Part shown: piece by piece, positions 19,353 through 30,400 of the stretch | How positions within the stretch are numbered: position 1 is the stretch's first letter | Layout of the letters: every line of letters starts with the position of its first letter | Assembly (NCBI GenBank): GCA_047284725.1 | Contig: JBJBEO010000001.1 | Coordinates: 1,560,203-1,624,202 of the forward strand | Reading direction: 5' to 3' | DNA from: Synechococcus sp. | GTDB lineage: Bacteria > Cyanobacteriota > Cyanobacteriia > PCC-6307 > Cyanobiaceae | DNA length: 64,000 bases | Program-made: the position numbers and the translations under genes | Notes under the pieces: model-generated | What the model saw: the letters and a program-made list of their open reading frames with translations, nothing else | Databases searched by the model: none | What the model was told of the DNA's origin: nothing

Positions 19353-21479
19353 ATGACCACCAGCAGCCAACCGGCCCTGCTCAAGGGCCGGGGCCTCCCC
19401 GACTACACGGCCATCACCCCCGAGCAGGTGAGCGCCGAGATCCCGGGCCTGCTGGAAGCGCTCGAGGCCGACTTTGCAGGCCTTGAGCAAAAACTGGAAG
19501 ACCAGCTCAATCAGGGGCAAGCCCTCGAGTGGCAAGCGGTCATGCCACCGCTCCAATCGATCGGGGAACGCCTGCGCTGGAGCTGGGGCGTGGTCAGCCA
19601 CCTCAACGCCGTCTGCAACGGCCCGGAACTGCGTGAAGCCCATGCGGCGCAGCAACCGGACGTCGTGCGCTTCAGCAACCGCTTGGGGCAAAGCGCAGTG
19701 CTGCACCAAGCACTTGAACAGCTCCGCAACCAGTACGGCACCTCTCTCGATGAAGCCCAGTGTCGAATCCTTGATGCCGAGCTGCTGTCGATGCAGCAAC
19801 GCGGCGTGGGTCTTCGCGATGAAGCCCAGACGGCCTTCAACCAGGCCAGCGAAGAGCTGGCGGAGCTCGCGACCAGCTTCAGCAATCACGTGCTGGATGC
19901 AACGCAGGCCTGGAGCCTGGTGCTGCATAACGTTGATGAAGTGGCAGGTCTACCGGACCGGGCACGCGAGACCCTGGCGGCGGCAGCACGCGATGCCGGA
20001 GACCACCATCAGAACGGCCAAGAGGCCACTGGGGAGCAAGGCCCCTGGCGGCTAGGGCTCGACATGCCTCGCTACATCCCTTTCCTCACCCATGCCGACA
20101 ACCGGGGGCTGCGGGAGAAGGTCTATCGCGCCCATGTCGGCCGAGCCAGCAGTGGTGACCTCGACAACAGCCCACTGATCGAATCCATCCTGCGTCTGCG
20201 GGGTGAACAAGCGAGCCGACTGGGCTACAGCCATTGGGCCGAGCTGAGCCTGGCCAGCAAAATGGCCGATGACGTCAATGCCGTGGAATCCCTGCTGGAA
20301 GAGCTTCGAGCTGCAGCCAAACCTGCTGCCGAGCGGGAGATCGAAGCACTCCGCGACTGCGCCCGACGCCACCACGCACCTGAAGCCGACGACCTCCAGC
20401 CCTGGGATGTGACCTACTGGGCTGAAAAACTCCGCCAAGAAGAGTTCGATCTCAATCAAGAAGCTCTGAGACCTTGGTTCCCTCTCCCCCAAGTACTCGA
20501 GGGTCTCTTCAATCTGTGCTCCAGGCTGTTTGGCATCACCATCCATGCCGCCGATGGCGAAGCGCCTGTCTGGCATCCGGATGTTCGCTTCTTCCGGGTC
20601 AGCGATCGCGATGGCACGCCGTTGGCGGCCTTCTATCTCGACCCCTACAGCCGACCAGCAAGCAAACGCGGCGGCGCCTGGATGGATGAGTGCCTGAATC
20701 GCTCCCGTGCTGAGGACGGGTCCATGACCCTGCCGGTGGCTTATCTGGTCTGCAATCAGACGCCCCCGACAGACACCGCTCCCAGCCTGATGAGCTTCGA
20801 AGAGGTGGAAACCCTCTTCCACGAATTCGGGCACGGCCTCCAGCACATGCTGACCACGGTCAATTACCCCCAGGCCGCGGGCATCAACAACGTGGAGTGG
20901 GATGCCGTGGAACTTCCTTCCCAGTTCATGGAGAACTGGTGCCTCGATCGGGCCACTCTGATGGGGATGGCGCGCCACTGGCAGACCGGCGAACCCCTAC
21001 CGGAGGCCGACTACCAGAAACTGCTGCAGGCCCGCACCTTCATGTCGGGCTGCGCCACGCTGCGTCAGGTGCATTTCGCACTCACCGATCTGCGTCTGCA
21101 CAGCCAGTGGACTCCGGAACTGGGGATCAGCCCGGATGCCCTGCGTCGTGAACTCGCCGCTGCCACCACAGTGATCCCGCCGATTGCAGATGATCACTTC
21201 CTCTGTGCCTTCAGCCACATTTTTGCGGGCGGCTATTCCGCTGGCTACTACTCCTACAAATGGGCCGAGGTGCTCAGCGCCGACGCTTTCTCCGCCTTCG
21301 AAGAGGTGGGCCTGGAACAGGAGGAGCAGGTGCAAGCGACCGGTCAACGTTTCCGCGACACCGTTCTCAGCCTCGGTGGCAGCCGTTCCCCTGCAGAGAT
21401 CTACCAGGCCTTCCGTGGGAGAGCCGCCAGCACTGACGCTCTGATTCGTCAGTCCGGCCTGGCCAGTGCAGCCGCCTGA
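19353..21479 (+). CDS. prlC: Oligopeptidase A (M3 family)
   Basis: Motifs FHEFGHGLQH, EWDAVELPSQFMENW and GYSAGYYSYKWAE. Confidence 0.93.
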   Translation: MTTSSQPALLKGRGLPDYTAITPEQVSAEIPGLLEALEADFAGLEQKLEDQLNQGQALEWQAVMPPLQSIGERLRWSWGVVSHLNAVCNGPELREAHAAQQPDVVRFSNRLGQSAVLHQALEQLRNQYGTSLDEAQCRILDAELLSMQQRGVGLRDEAQTAFNQASEELAELATSFSNHVLDATQAWSLVLHNVDEVAGLPDRARETLAAAARDAGDHHQNGQEATGEQGPWRLGLDMPRYIPFLTHADNRGLREKVYRAHVGRASSGDLDNSPLIESILRLRGEQASRLGYSHWAELSLASKMADDVNAVESLLEELRAAAKPAAEREIEALRDCARRHHAPEADDLQPWDVTYWAEKLRQEEFDLNQEALRPWFPLPQVLEGLFNLCSRLFGITIHAADGEAPVWHPDVRFFRVSDRDGTPLAAFYLDPYSRPASKRGGAWMDECLNRSRAEDGSMTLPVAYLVCNQTPPTDTAPSLMSFEEVETLFHEFGHGLQHMLTTVNYPQAAGINNVEWDAVELPSQFMENWCLDRATLMGMARHWQTGEPLPEADYQKLLQARTFMSGCATLRQVHFALTDLRLHSQWTPELGISPDALRRELAAATTVIPPIADDHFLCAFSHIFAGGYSAGYYSYKWAEVLSADAFSAFEEVGLEQEEQVQATGQRFRDTVLSLGGSRSPAEIYQAFRGRAASTDALIRQSGLASAAA

Positions 21480-22073
21480 TCAGTCCTGTCGGAGCGATGC
21501 CATCAACAGGTCCATCGCCCGGGGATCGCTCATCAACCGTGCATGGGTCAACACAGGAATCTGCCGGTGCTGACCCACCGGCAGAACCGCCTCCCAACCT
21601 GGCAGCACCATCAAGTCCCAACGGCAGAAGAAACTCGTGCAGGTCACGTTGTCGAGAGTGGCGACATTTCCATTGAGGTGCTTCAGGAGGTCGCTCCCAC
21701 GCTTCATGTCAGCCAATCCGGCGAACAACCGTCGAGGGATCCACTGGGCAGTGAAGGTCCCTTGCTGCGGACTGCCCACACTGATGAATCGACGGCAGCG
21801 CGCAGCACCGCCGAGATCTTGTAGCCAGATCCTGCTGATCACACCGCCCATGGAGAATCCGAGCAGATCCACCTCCTGATCACCCCATCGGGCCTGAACA
21901 TGCTGATCGAGCTGACCGGCCAGCACCCGCAAAGGAGTCGCACCAAGGCGGTGGGGCAGGTGTGGCGCCTGAAAGGGAATCTGAGCCTGGTCGAGCCGCT
22001 GAACCAGATGACGAAACAGATGAGGGGTGTCGCCGAGGCCATGCACCAGCACAACAGGCCTGGCAGCACTCAA
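21480..22073 (-). CDS. Alpha/beta hydrolase (lipase/esterase)
   Basis: Motifs VLVHGLG, GFSMGG and SPQQGT. TTG start overlaps the folB stop. Confidence 0.85.
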   Translation of the reverse strand: MSAARPVVLVHGLGDTPHLFRHLVQRLDQAQIPFQAPHLPHRLGATPLRVLAGQLDQHVQARWGDQEVDLLGFSMGGVISRIWLQDLGGAARCRRFISVGSPQQGTFTAQWIPRRLFAGLADMKRGSDLLKHLNGNVATLDNVTCTSFFCRWDLMVLPGWEAVLPVGQHRQIPVLTHARLMSDPRAMDLLMASLRQD

Positions 22074-22435
22074 ACCGTCCAGTGGCGATGCCGTTCCACC
22101 GCCACGGTCCCCCCGAATCCAGGGATCGGGGCGGCGCACTTGCGCAGCATCACCCGCATCGGCACCGCACCGTAAAGATCCTCGAGCAAGGTCAGAATCC
22201 TGTCGCTGAAATGCTCGATCGTGAGACAACACAAGCTTGTCACCATCAATTGGATTGCCTGCACAGCAAGGCTGTAGTCGGCTGTCGCCGCAAGATCGTC
22301 GTTGCGTGCCGCTTCATCCAGATCCAGGCAGAGGCTGAGATCGATTGAAAACCATTGGCCATCGGTACGTTCATGCTCGAGCACTCCCACATGGGCCCAT
22401 ACCCGAAGGTCGGTGATGTGAATGGCGTCGTTCAC
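22070..22435 (-). CDS. folB: Dihydroneopterin aldolase
   Basis: Motifs [22 protein letters not shown] and LTIEH. GTG start overlaps the proA stop. Confidence 0.9.
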   Translation of the reverse strand: MNDAIHITDLRVWAHVGVLEHERTDGQWFSIDLSLCLDLDEAARNDDLAATADYSLAVQAIQLMVTSLCCLTIEHFSDRILTLLEDLYGAVPMRVMLRKCAAPIPGFGGTVAVERHRHWTV

Positions 22436-23745
22436 AGCGGCAGATCGCAATGGCGGAAGCGGCGCATGCCGGATGCGAAATCGGCGGCGATATGGCCATC
22501 CCCTCTCAACCGATAGCGGTAGGTGACAAGCCCCTCCAATCCGACAGGCCCACGAGGAGGCAAGGTCTGCGTACTGATCCCCACCTCGGCTCCGAAGCCG
22601 TAGCGGAAGCCATCCGCAAATCGTGTTGAACAGTTGTGATAGACCCCGGCACTGTCGACGGCTCTGAGGAAACGTTCTGCCGTAGCGGTGTTGCCTGTCG
22701 CGATCGCCTCGGTGTGCCTGGAGCCGTAGCGGCGGATGTGCTCCAGAGCGGTCTCGAGATCAGGCACCACCTTCACCGCCAAGGTCAGACCGAGATATTC
22801 GGTGCTCCAGTCGTCCTCGATGGCCTGCGTCTCGACACCAAGCGCACAGCTGGCAGGGTCACCGCGCAACTCAACACCTGCAGCCGCGAAGGCGGGCACC
22901 GCCTGGTGAAGAAAAGCCGCCGCCATGGCTTCATGCACCAGCAGTGTTTCAATCGCGTTGCAAGCTGCTGGGTACTGGGTCTTGCTGTCGAGGGCGATGC
23001 GCAAGGCAAGCGCACAGTCAGCGTCCTCATCCACATAAAGATGACACACGCCATCGGCGTGCCCCAACACAGGAATGCGCGTGTTGTCTTGGATGAAGCG
23101 CACCAGTTCGTTGCTGCCCCGGGGAATGATCAGATCCACCAGACCATCAAGGCGCAGCAGGGCCAGGCTCTCCTGGCGTGTGGTGAGCAGCGCGAGTGCA
23201 TGGGCACTGACACACGACTGAGTCAGCCCCTCCTTCAAGGCATCCATCACCGCCTTGTTGGTGCGATTGGCCTCGCTTCCGCCTTTCAGGATGGCTCCGT
23301 TGCCCGAGCGGATCGCCAGGGAAGCAATCTGCACCACCGCATCCGGACGAGCCTCAAAAATCACTCCCAGAACACCAAGAGGGACCGTCACCCTCTCCAG
23401 CACAAGGTCCTGATCCAGCTCACGGTGAAGTTGGCGAACTCCAAGGGGATCCTGCAAAGCCGCCACCTGCCGCACGCCGGCAATCGCCCCCTCCAGCTTC
23501 GGCTGGTCCAGCTTCAGCCGTGCCACCAGCGCCGGCGCCAGGCCCTCGGCCTCAGCCTGAGCAAGATCGGCAGCATTCGCTGCCACGATCGTCTCAACAT
23601 GGTGCTGCAATGCCGCGGCCATGGCATCAAGGGCCTGCCGGCGCTGCTCATCGGTGGTCTGGCCCAGATCCGTGGCCGCACGGCGAACCCCCGTTGCCAA
23701 ACGGAGCAGCTCAGCAGACGGTTCGGGCACAGCCGGGCTGGTCAT
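22432..23745 (-). CDS. proA: Gamma-glutamyl phosphate reductase
   Basis: Motifs [29 protein letters not shown] and GAEVGISTQ. Confidence 0.96.
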   Translation of the reverse strand: MTSPAVPEPSAELLRLATGVRRAATDLGQTTDEQRRQALDAMAAALQHHVETIVAANAADLAQAEAEGLAPALVARLKLDQPKLEGAIAGVRQVAALQDPLGVRQLHRELDQDLVLERVTVPLGVLGVIFEARPDAVVQIASLAIRSGNGAILKGGSEANRTNKAVMDALKEGLTQSCVSAHALALLTTRQESLALLRLDGLVDLIIPRGSNELVRFIQDNTRIPVLGHADGVCHLYVDEDADCALALRIALDSKTQYPAACNAIETLLVHEAMAAAFLHQAVPAFAAAGVELRGDPASCALGVETQAIEDDWSTEYLGLTLAVKVVPDLETALEHIRRYGSRHTEAIATGNTATAERFLRAVDSAGVYHNCSTRFADGFRYGFGAEVGISTQTLPPRGPVGLEGLVTYRYRLRGDGHIAADFASGMRRFRHCDLPL

Positions 23746-23824
23746 CGTCAGGAGTCGCACTTCAGCACAGCATCATCCCGTTTCACGCGTCCGAACCATG
23801 AACGCCATCGCCCGGAACAAGGGC

Positions 23825-24718
23825 TCAGAGCAATCGGTCAAGGGCAAGACGCGCCGCTCCCAGGCGCCCGGCTCCATTCCCGAGAGCACAGGCCTCGATG
23901 CGCAGCCCCTCCCGACTGACGGACTGCACCCGCTGCTCCACCTCCTTGCGGACCGCGGGCAAAAAATGCTGAGCAGCAGCGGCCAGCCCGCCGCCAAGGA
24001 GCACAAGCTGTGGAGTGAAGACGTACACCAGTGAGCTGATGCCCACTCCCAGAGTGCGGCCGTAGCGATCCCACACCGCCTTGGCTTCTCCATCACCCGC
24101 AGCAGCCCGCCGAGCCAGTTCTGCAGGCTCCCCATCCCAGAGACGCCGCAGTGCGGCAATGCTGGCGAACTGCTCCAGGCTGCCGCGATTCCCGCTGTTA
24201 CAGGGAAAGCCTTCCGGGTCAACGCCGATCAAGCCAGGCTCCGCAGCGGCACCGTTGTGACCTGTGAACAACTGGCCTCCGAGCATCACACCACCGCCAA
24301 CTCCGGTGCCGAGGGTGAGCAACACCACATCGGTGCACTGGCTTGCGGCTCCTTTCCAGGCTTCTCCCACAAGTGCACAGTTGCCATCGTTCGCGAGTGT
24401 GACGCGGCGATTGAGACGCGGCTCAAGCCAGTCCGCCAACGGCACCTCTTCCCATCCAGGCAGGTTGATGCAAACGCGGGCCACCCGCGCTGCAGCATCC
24501 ATCGGTCCGGGAAGACCCAAACCCACCACAGGAGCGCGCCGATCCGGATCAAGCTGGTCAATCGCCTCACAGAGGGTCATGCACACCACACCAGGGACGG
24601 CAGGTTGAGGAGTGGCGACGTGAGCCTCCTCCAGCAGGGTTCCGAGGCGATCAAAGCGGCCCAGCTTGATCGCAGTTCCACCAAGATCAACACCAATGAT
24701 CTGGTCAGCTGGGGGCAT
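23825..24718 (-). CDS. ROK family sugar kinase
   Basis: Motifs GVDLGGT, ANDGNCA, TLGTGVGGG and CNSGNRGSLE. Confidence 0.92.
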   Translation of the reverse strand: MPPADQIIGVDLGGTAIKLGRFDRLGTLLEEAHVATPQPAVPGVVCMTLCEAIDQLDPDRRAPVVGLGLPGPMDAAARVARVCINLPGWEEVPLADWLEPRLNRRVTLANDGNCALVGEAWKGAASQCTDVVLLTLGTGVGGGVMLGGQLFTGHNGAAAEPGLIGVDPEGFPCNSGNRGSLEQFASIAALRRLWDGEPAELARRAAAGDGEAKAVWDRYGRTLGVGISSLVYVFTPQLVLLGGGLAAAAQHFLPAVRKEVEQRVQSVSREGLRIEACALGNGAGRLGAARLALDRLL

Positions 24719-24720
24719 GG

Positions 24721-27700
24721 TCAGAAGCGGAAGAACACCTGAAATTGGCTCTGCCAGGTGCCTTGATTGTCCACCGATCCCTCCAGACTGAGTTTGGAGT
24801 TGATCTGATACGACAACGTGCCCTGCGGGGGAAGGTCATTGCGGTTGGGCGCTGCCAACACTGAAAAATTGAACCGATCGGTGAGATCGACACCCAGCTC
24901 GGTGACCAACGCCAACTGCGGCGGAACCCGTCCGGACACCCGCTCGGCATCGTCCTGGATCTGAGGAGTCAGATACGTGGGGTACAGCGCAAATTGGAGC
25001 CGCTGACTGAACGTGTCGGTGATGGTTCCGATCACAGGGCTGAGCAAGGTCTGGCCCAGCACCGCTGCAAGTGCCGTGCCCCCACCGGAGTTGCTCAGAC
25101 CTGCCAGCGAGTTGCCGCCGATCAGACTCAGAATCTGAGCACGGGGCATCGGCGGTGAGCTCCGCAAGGTCATGCTGTCGGCCAGACGATCCGCAGGCCC
25201 CGTCGCTTCAACCATCACTTTGATCAAACGCAGCTGATCTCCGGTGCCAAAACTGCTGCCGGTGCCGTTGCTCTCAAAAATATTGCTCGATACAGCGTTA
25301 TTACCGGTACCGAGGGACACACTGTCAGACACACGACTGGTCAGCGCCACGTCGACGTAGGGAATCAAGCCCATGGAGGGGGTGAACACCGCCACGTTGG
25401 CGGCTTGACGGTCGAGCTGAAAATTGGTGGTGAAGAAGAAGACACGCCCAGTGAGCATCTGAACGACTCCCTGCAGTTGAAGAGAAGGGTCCAGGGCTCC
25501 GTTGAACGTGAGTCGGCCTTTGGCGGTGAAGGCGGCAAGGGGACCCATGGTGACCGCCAGCTTCGGCCCGAGGGTGACGCGAAGATTGTCGAAGCCCAGG
25601 GCCGACAGTTGGGGCATGGCCGCCTTGATCCTGCGGCTTGCATCAGCCTCCACCTCAGCGCCCATCAACACGAGAGGCTCATCAAAGCTCCACTTCTCCT
25701 CCAGCAGTGTGTTGGCATCCACGGGTCGGGAGGAGGTTTGAACAGCTTCATCACCCTCTTCTGATCGATTCCGCGCGAACAGAGCAGGTGCCGGCGTGAT
25801 CGAACCATCGCGAATGATCAGATTGCCGCCGATCCGTGGACGCACCAGAGCGCCGTTCAGCGTGAGATCCGCCGTGACGCCCACGTCCGCGATCGGCAGA
25901 TTGAGGCGCGCCTTTCGAATCGACAGGGAGAGTGGCTCAGGCTCCTGACTGTCGACCAGCAAAGCAAGAGCCCCTTGCCCTTCGATGCGACCTTGCCGTC
26001 CGATTCGCCCCTGAAGCGACTCCACCTGCAATCGGTTGAAATCAAACACCACTGAGGTGTTGAGTTCGCGGATCTCCTGCTTTTCCAGATCGAAGGTGCC
26101 GTCTTTCACCACCAGGAATCCATTGGCTTGCGGCGCAGCCAAGGTGCCACTCAGGATCAAACGCAAGCGCGCATCACCACTGACCCAGGCCAGACGATCA
26201 TCGGTGAACCCGGTGAGGAAGCGCAGGCCATCACCACTGCTGAGCACGCGTACGTCAAGCGCCTCTCTGCCATCGAGGGGAACCTGACCTGTCACCATCA
26301 CCGCGTCCGCAGCCGTCGGATCACGCAGCGCCAGATCGAGCAGAAGAACGCCTTGTTTCAGGCTGATCTGGGCCCTGTCGAAACGCAGGCGATGCTGGCC
26401 GATACGAGCATCTTCAAGCACCAATTCCGAGGTGACCTCAGGGGAACCGTCCTGCTGTCGAAACCGGCCTGACAGTCCGATCGCCCCCTGCAGGGCAGGC
26501 GGCACAGGGGCGATCAGCGCCAGCAAGGAGAACGGCAGATGCCGGAGGGAGAACAAAAGATCGCCCCCGGCCTGCAATGGACCACTGATGGTGGCGATGA
26601 AGGGCTGAATCTGAAGCGCGTGATCAACGTCATCGCCTTCCACCCAGAGGTGCCCACTCGCCTGGAAATCAAGATCCAGAGCGTTGAACGCTGGGCCGCT
26701 CAACTTGAGGCGGGCGTCCATCTGTCCGCGCAGATCCTTTGGATGAAACGGAGAGGACTGACGCTGTTGCTGGTCCCGTTGGCGAAGCTCCTGCTGGACG
26801 CTGCGCAAGGCCTGAAGCTGACCATCAAGGGAGCCACCAAAGGTGTTCACCAGCAGCGTGCCGAGATCGTCAGACGTTCCTTCGTTGGCACGAGGGTCGT
26901 TGTTGAGGTCGGTGAAACTGAGGGCAGCTTGCGTCAGCCATCGGGCCCTGAGGCCGCGTGCATCCAGCTCCGCCTGCAGGCCGCCATCAGCACGACCCTC
27001 CGCCGACAGCACCACCTGACCACTCTTAGGGGGGAGCAGTTCACCACTGACTTGAAAACGACGGTCGCGGTAGGTGCCCTCCAGCAGAGCCTGCCGAAGT
27101 TGCAATCCGAGCAGACCGGGGCGTTCAAGGCTGACCGACCCTTTCATTTCCAGGGGCTGCAGCCCCAGCATCCCTTCTCCCGAAAGACGCCCATAGAGAC
27201 CTTCAAAGCGGCCCTTCGGGGGCAGGGCGAGTTCCAAACCATCAATCGGCATGGACTCGGCACGCCAGCGGTAGGCCGCAGGGCTGCCCTCAAAGCGGAG
27301 TTCCCCCCCCTGACGCGTGAGCGTCACAGACGTGGGAAGCCAGTTGCGGCCAAGGTTGGCCTCAAGGCGTCCCCCAATCGCGCTGTTGGAAGCGCTCATG
27401 GCCAGCTCTCCACCACCGCCGGGCTTGCCCGTGAAGCGGCCTGCCCAGGCTTCCACCAGCCGCAGAACACCCGCTTGAGGCACGGACAGATCCAACGCCA
27501 GATCAGGGCTCAAGGCCGTCAAAGGACCTGTGATGTCACCGGAGGCTGACAACTGTCCCTTCAAGGGTGTGCCCACAAAGGGACTCAAGCGGGCCAGTGA
27601 GAAATCGGAGAGCTCAAGGCTGCTCTGCAGTTCACCCACCTGCAAGGTCGAACCCTGCAAACGCATCGGCAGACGCGCCTGGGCCTTGAGGTCTGGACTG

Positions 27701-29169
27701 ACGAACTCGGTCAACCGCAGCGCTTCCGTCGATGCCTTCCAGTCGGCACGAAGGGACCAATCCTGGAGGAGCGGATTGGAGCGCTGCGCGAGGGTCAGCT
27801 CCAGGCTGGGCTTAGCGGTCTCACCCGTCAGGCGTAACGCCCCTCTGACGGACGTGTTCTTGCCCAGCAGATCTGGCACCAATGGGATTTGAGCCCAGGC
27901 AGGGCCGGCAAGCTCAAGGGCATTGGTCTCAATGCCCAGGCGGGGATAGATCTCGCCCTTGGCCTGAAGCTTGAGACCCGGAGCCTGAAGGCGCAATTGA
28001 TCAAGGCTGGCTGCCATGGCGGAGGAATCGCGCCAGTCAGCACGGGCCAGCAACGTGACATTGATTGGTCCCTGTACCGGGATGGATCCCGGCAGCTGCC
28101 AATGGCCGTCAAGCTTGAGCTTCGGTTGATGCCAAGGTCCTTGCAGGGCAGCCTGCAGCTGACGGTCTTTGCCAGGTTCCTGCAGCGTCAAGGCCAGGTT
28201 GAAGCGACGATTCAGGGCAAGATCGCCCTCCAGGGTTGCCGTGTAGGGGCCATAGATCCATGGACTGCGAGGCAAGTGCAGTCGTTCGCCCTTGCAATTC
28301 AGCTGCCATTGGTCGTTGCGGAGAGGTGACTGCAATGCAGGCGAGGTAAGAGCGAATCCGACAAGGGAGACACTCCCCTGGCAATGCCCCTTCCCAGCGT
28401 TCCAGCCCAACCTGACGTCTCCCGCCAGTTGTCCCTGGAGACCCATCCGCTGCTCTGCAGGCAACAGCCCCTGCAACGAACGAAGCTGCACCTTCTCGAC
28501 CTTCGCCTCAAGATCAACCTGGGACTGGCGCCAGCTTCCTTTCATCCGCAAGGCCACCTTGCCCTGATCCGGCAAGGTCATCTGCACCCTGGCATCGGCC
28601 CAGGACTGGTCGAGATGGACAGCGGCCCTTCCCGCCAGGCGAACATCAAGGTTGGCCGGAGACACCCGCACCTGAACGGGGTCGAGTAGCTGAATGTTCA
28701 GATCGAGTGGCGGCGGCGGCTCGGCTCCAGCGGGTCCAGGCACCCAGTAGGCACCGTCGGCATTGCGCTGAAGATCAACACGAGCACCGCGCAGCTTGAC
28801 CACGACGACTGGCTTCCATCGGCTCAGGCTGGTGAGGGGATCCAAACCGACCGAAAGCGCTTCAACCGATGCCGACGAGCGGTCTTCAGGCCCTTGCTGC
28901 ACACGGGTGGGACCAATCGAAACACCCGAAAGGCCAAGCCCTCGGTAAGGACCAATCCGAACGGGATGGCCGAGAGGTTTGGAAAGCTGACGCTCCAGCT
29001 GTGGGCGAAGCTGACCAACCGCCGAGGCGACAATGCGATCCAGTGCGATCCATGCGATTGCCCCCACCAGGCCCACACCAAGTCCTGCACGGATCAGCAG
29101 ACGCGAAGGGAATTGTGGTGATGACCCACTGCCCATCACCCGAGTCAGTCCCCTTGAAAGTCTGCGCAA
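24721..29169 (-). CDS. tamB: Translocation/assembly module TamB (DUF490) family protein; start uncertain
   Basis: About 1480 aa, N-terminal membrane anchor, beta-rich repeats, and C-terminal LRSSPPMPRAQILSLI...FQVFFRF. Confidence 0.85.
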   Translation of the reverse strand: MRRLSRGLTRVMGSGSSPQFPSRLLIRAGLGVGLVGAIAWIALDRIVASAVGQLRPQLERQLSKPLGHPVRIGPYRGLGLSGVSIGPTRVQQGPEDRSSASVEALSVGLDPLTSLSRWKPVVVVKLRGARVDLQRNADGAYWVPGPAGAEPPPPLDLNIQLLDPVQVRVSPANLDVRLAGRAAVHLDQSWADARVQMTLPDQGKVALRMKGSWRQSQVDLEAKVEKVQLRSLQGLLPAEQRMGLQGQLAGDVRLGWNAGKGHCQGSVSLVGFALTSPALQSPLRNDQWQLNCKGERLHLPRSPWIYGPYTATLEGDLALNRRFNLALTLQEPGKDRQLQAALQGPWHQPKLKLDGHWQLPGSIPVQGPINVTLLARADWRDSSAMAASLDQLRLQAPGLKLQAKGEIYPRLGIETNALELAGPAWAQIPLVPDLLGKNTSVRGALRLTGETAKPSLELTLAQRSNPLLQDWSLRADWKASTEALRLTEFVSPDLKAQARLPMRLQGSTLQVGELQSSLELSDFSLARLSPFVGTPLKGQLSASGDITGPLTALSPDLALDLSVPQAGVLRLVEAWAGRFTGKPGGGGELAMSASNSAIGGRLEANLGRNWLPTSVTLTRQGGELRFEGSPAAYRWRAESMPIDGLELALPPKGRFEGLYGRLSGEGMLGLQPLEMKGSVSLERPGLLGLQLRQALLEGTYRDRRFQVSGELLPPKSGQVVLSAEGRADGGLQAELDARGLRARWLTQAALSFTDLNNDPRANEGTSDDLGTLLVNTFGGSLDGQLQALRSVQQELRQRDQQQRQSSPFHPKDLRGQMDARLKLSGPAFNALDLDFQASGHLWVEGDDVDHALQIQPFIATISGPLQAGGDLLFSLRHLPFSLLALIAPVPPALQGAIGLSGRFRQQDGSPEVTSELVLEDARIGQHRLRFDRAQISLKQGVLLLDLALRDPTAADAVMVTGQVPLDGREALDVRVLSSGDGLRFLTGFTDDRLAWVSGDARLRLILSGTLAAPQANGFLVVKDGTFDLEKQEIRELNTSVVFDFNRLQVESLQGRIGRQGRIEGQGALALLVDSQEPEPLSLSIRKARLNLPIADVGVTADLTLNGALVRPRIGGNLIIRDGSITPAPALFARNRSEEGDEAVQTSSRPVDANTLLEEKWSFDEPLVLMGAEVEADASRRIKAAMPQLSALGFDNLRVTLGPKLAVTMGPLAAFTAKGRLTFNGALDPSLQLQGVVQMLTGRVFFFTTNFQLDRQAANVAVFTPSMGLIPYVDVALTSRVSDSVSLGTGNNAVSSNIFESNGTGSSFGTGDQLRLIKVMVEATGPADRLADSMTLRSSPPMPRAQILSLIGGNSLAGLSNSGGGTALAAVLGQTLLSPVIGTITDTFSQRLQFALYPTYLTPQIQDDAERVSGRVPPQLALVTELGVDLTDRFNFSVLAAPNRNDLPPQGTLSYQINSKLSLEGSVDNQGTWQSQFQVFFRF

Positions 29170-29201
29170 TATAAAGAGACCATTCGTGAACCACCAGCCC
29201 C

Positions 29202-29663
29202 ATGAATCTGCCGCAGCTGCTTCAAGACTCCACAGAATGGCTGGCCTGGGGTGGGCTCGGTTTCGCAGCGCTCACGGGGGTGGCGTTCGTGGCACGCTGG
29301 GGACTGCGCTTCCGCTTGGTGGGGGTCACCAGCTTCACCCTGCTTCTGGCCATCAGCAGCTGGGCGTTCAGCGTGAGTTACACGCCTCCAGTGGTGGTGG
29401 AGGGCGCTCTGCGGGCTCCCGTGGTCTTCGATAACGGCAACAACCTGGTTGTCGCTCAGGCACCCAAGGCGATGGAGGCCGAGGCCATCGAGCCAACCCT
29501 GGCTCAACTCGCGGGCAACCTTCGCCCAGGAGGCCGCGGTGGCGATGAGGTGGTGATTCGCTTACGCCAACTCCAGGTCGTCAGCGAAGGAGTGAGTCAG
29601 CCCGTCATTCTTGGGGAAACCAGGGTGAGTACTGATGCGACCTCAACGCATGGCCAGGCATGA
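29202..29663 (+). CDS. ycf51: Ycf51 (DUF2518) family protein
   Basis: WGLRFRLVGVTSFT and VVFDNG. Confidence 0.8.
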   Translation: MNLPQLLQDSTEWLAWGGLGFAALTGVAFVARWGLRFRLVGVTSFTLLLAISSWAFSVSYTPPVVVEGALRAPVVFDNGNNLVVAQAPKAMEAEAIEPTLAQLAGNLRPGGRGGDEVVIRLRQLQVVSEGVSQPVILGETRVSTDATSTHGQA

Positions 29664-30064
29664 GCCATTCCGCCCCGATCGGCAATCTTCCTCAAAGCTT
29701 CCGGGATGAACATCGGCAATTGATGGCTGATGGCATCACAACCTGGGGAGAACTTCAGGCCTTGAGCGATCTGGATCTGAGTCGGATCGCACGGAGCGGC
29801 CTGGCCACGGCCCGCAATCTCAAGCGGCTGAGGGGCATGGCTGACCTGGTGTGCTGCCTCAACCTGGCTCCGGCGGATGCAGCGCTGCTGATGCATGCCG
29901 GCATTGCAACAGTCCCTGCCCTGGCGGCTGCCACACCGCAGGTTCTGGTGACACGCACAGGTCGGCTGGAACGGCAGTTGCGCAGCAGCCGGCCACCTGT
30001 GGTGGACCTTGCGGTGGCTAGGCGGTGGATCCATGCAGCCCAGCGCTGGCAGCCGTCGAACTGA
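29660..30064 (+). CDS. DUF4332 domain protein
   Basis: LKRLRGMADL...AALLMHAGIATV. Confidence 0.78.
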   Translation: MSHSAPIGNLPQSFRDEHRQLMADGITTWGELQALSDLDLSRIARSGLATARNLKRLRGMADLVCCLNLAPADAALLMHAGIATVPALAAATPQVLVTRTGRLERQLRSSRPPVVDLAVARRWIHAAQRWQPSN

Positions 30065-30127
30065 CCCATCGCCCCAGCCAAGCTCCACGATGACGCACTG
30101 AAATGAAGGGATTGCTGACGTCGACGG

Positions 30128-30400
30128 ATGATGCTCCAGATCCGACTACTGGCAGTAACCGTTTCTCTGGCCATTGCATCGCCGGTCCTGGCCCAGTCAG
30201 AACTACTAAATAGCGTCAAGAACAATCCCGGAGAAGCCAAGGCTCTCTGCAACCAGTTCCGACAACAAAACGCCGCTGGGCAATCGGTGTTGTCGACCGA
30301 AGCGATCACCAACTTCGCAGCGGCTCGCAACCTGACCTACCGAGATGCGGATGTGCTGACGACCTATGTGGTTGGCCTGCACTGCGATGAGGTCTTCTAA
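30128..30400 (+). CDS. Small exported hypothetical protein with Cys pair
   Basis: Signal peptide (ASPVLA), ALCNQFR...YVVGLHC. Confidence 0.7.
   Translation: MMLQIRLLAVTVSLAIASPVLAQSELLNSVKNNPGEAKALCNQFRQQNAAGQSVLSTEAITNFAAARNLTYRDADVLTTYVVGLHCDEVF

Noticed and set aside
22636..23919. Long antisense ORFs over proA (similar ones over hemE, clpB, dnaA and tamB)
   Set aside because: Expected stop-poor shadow frames in high-GC coding DNA.
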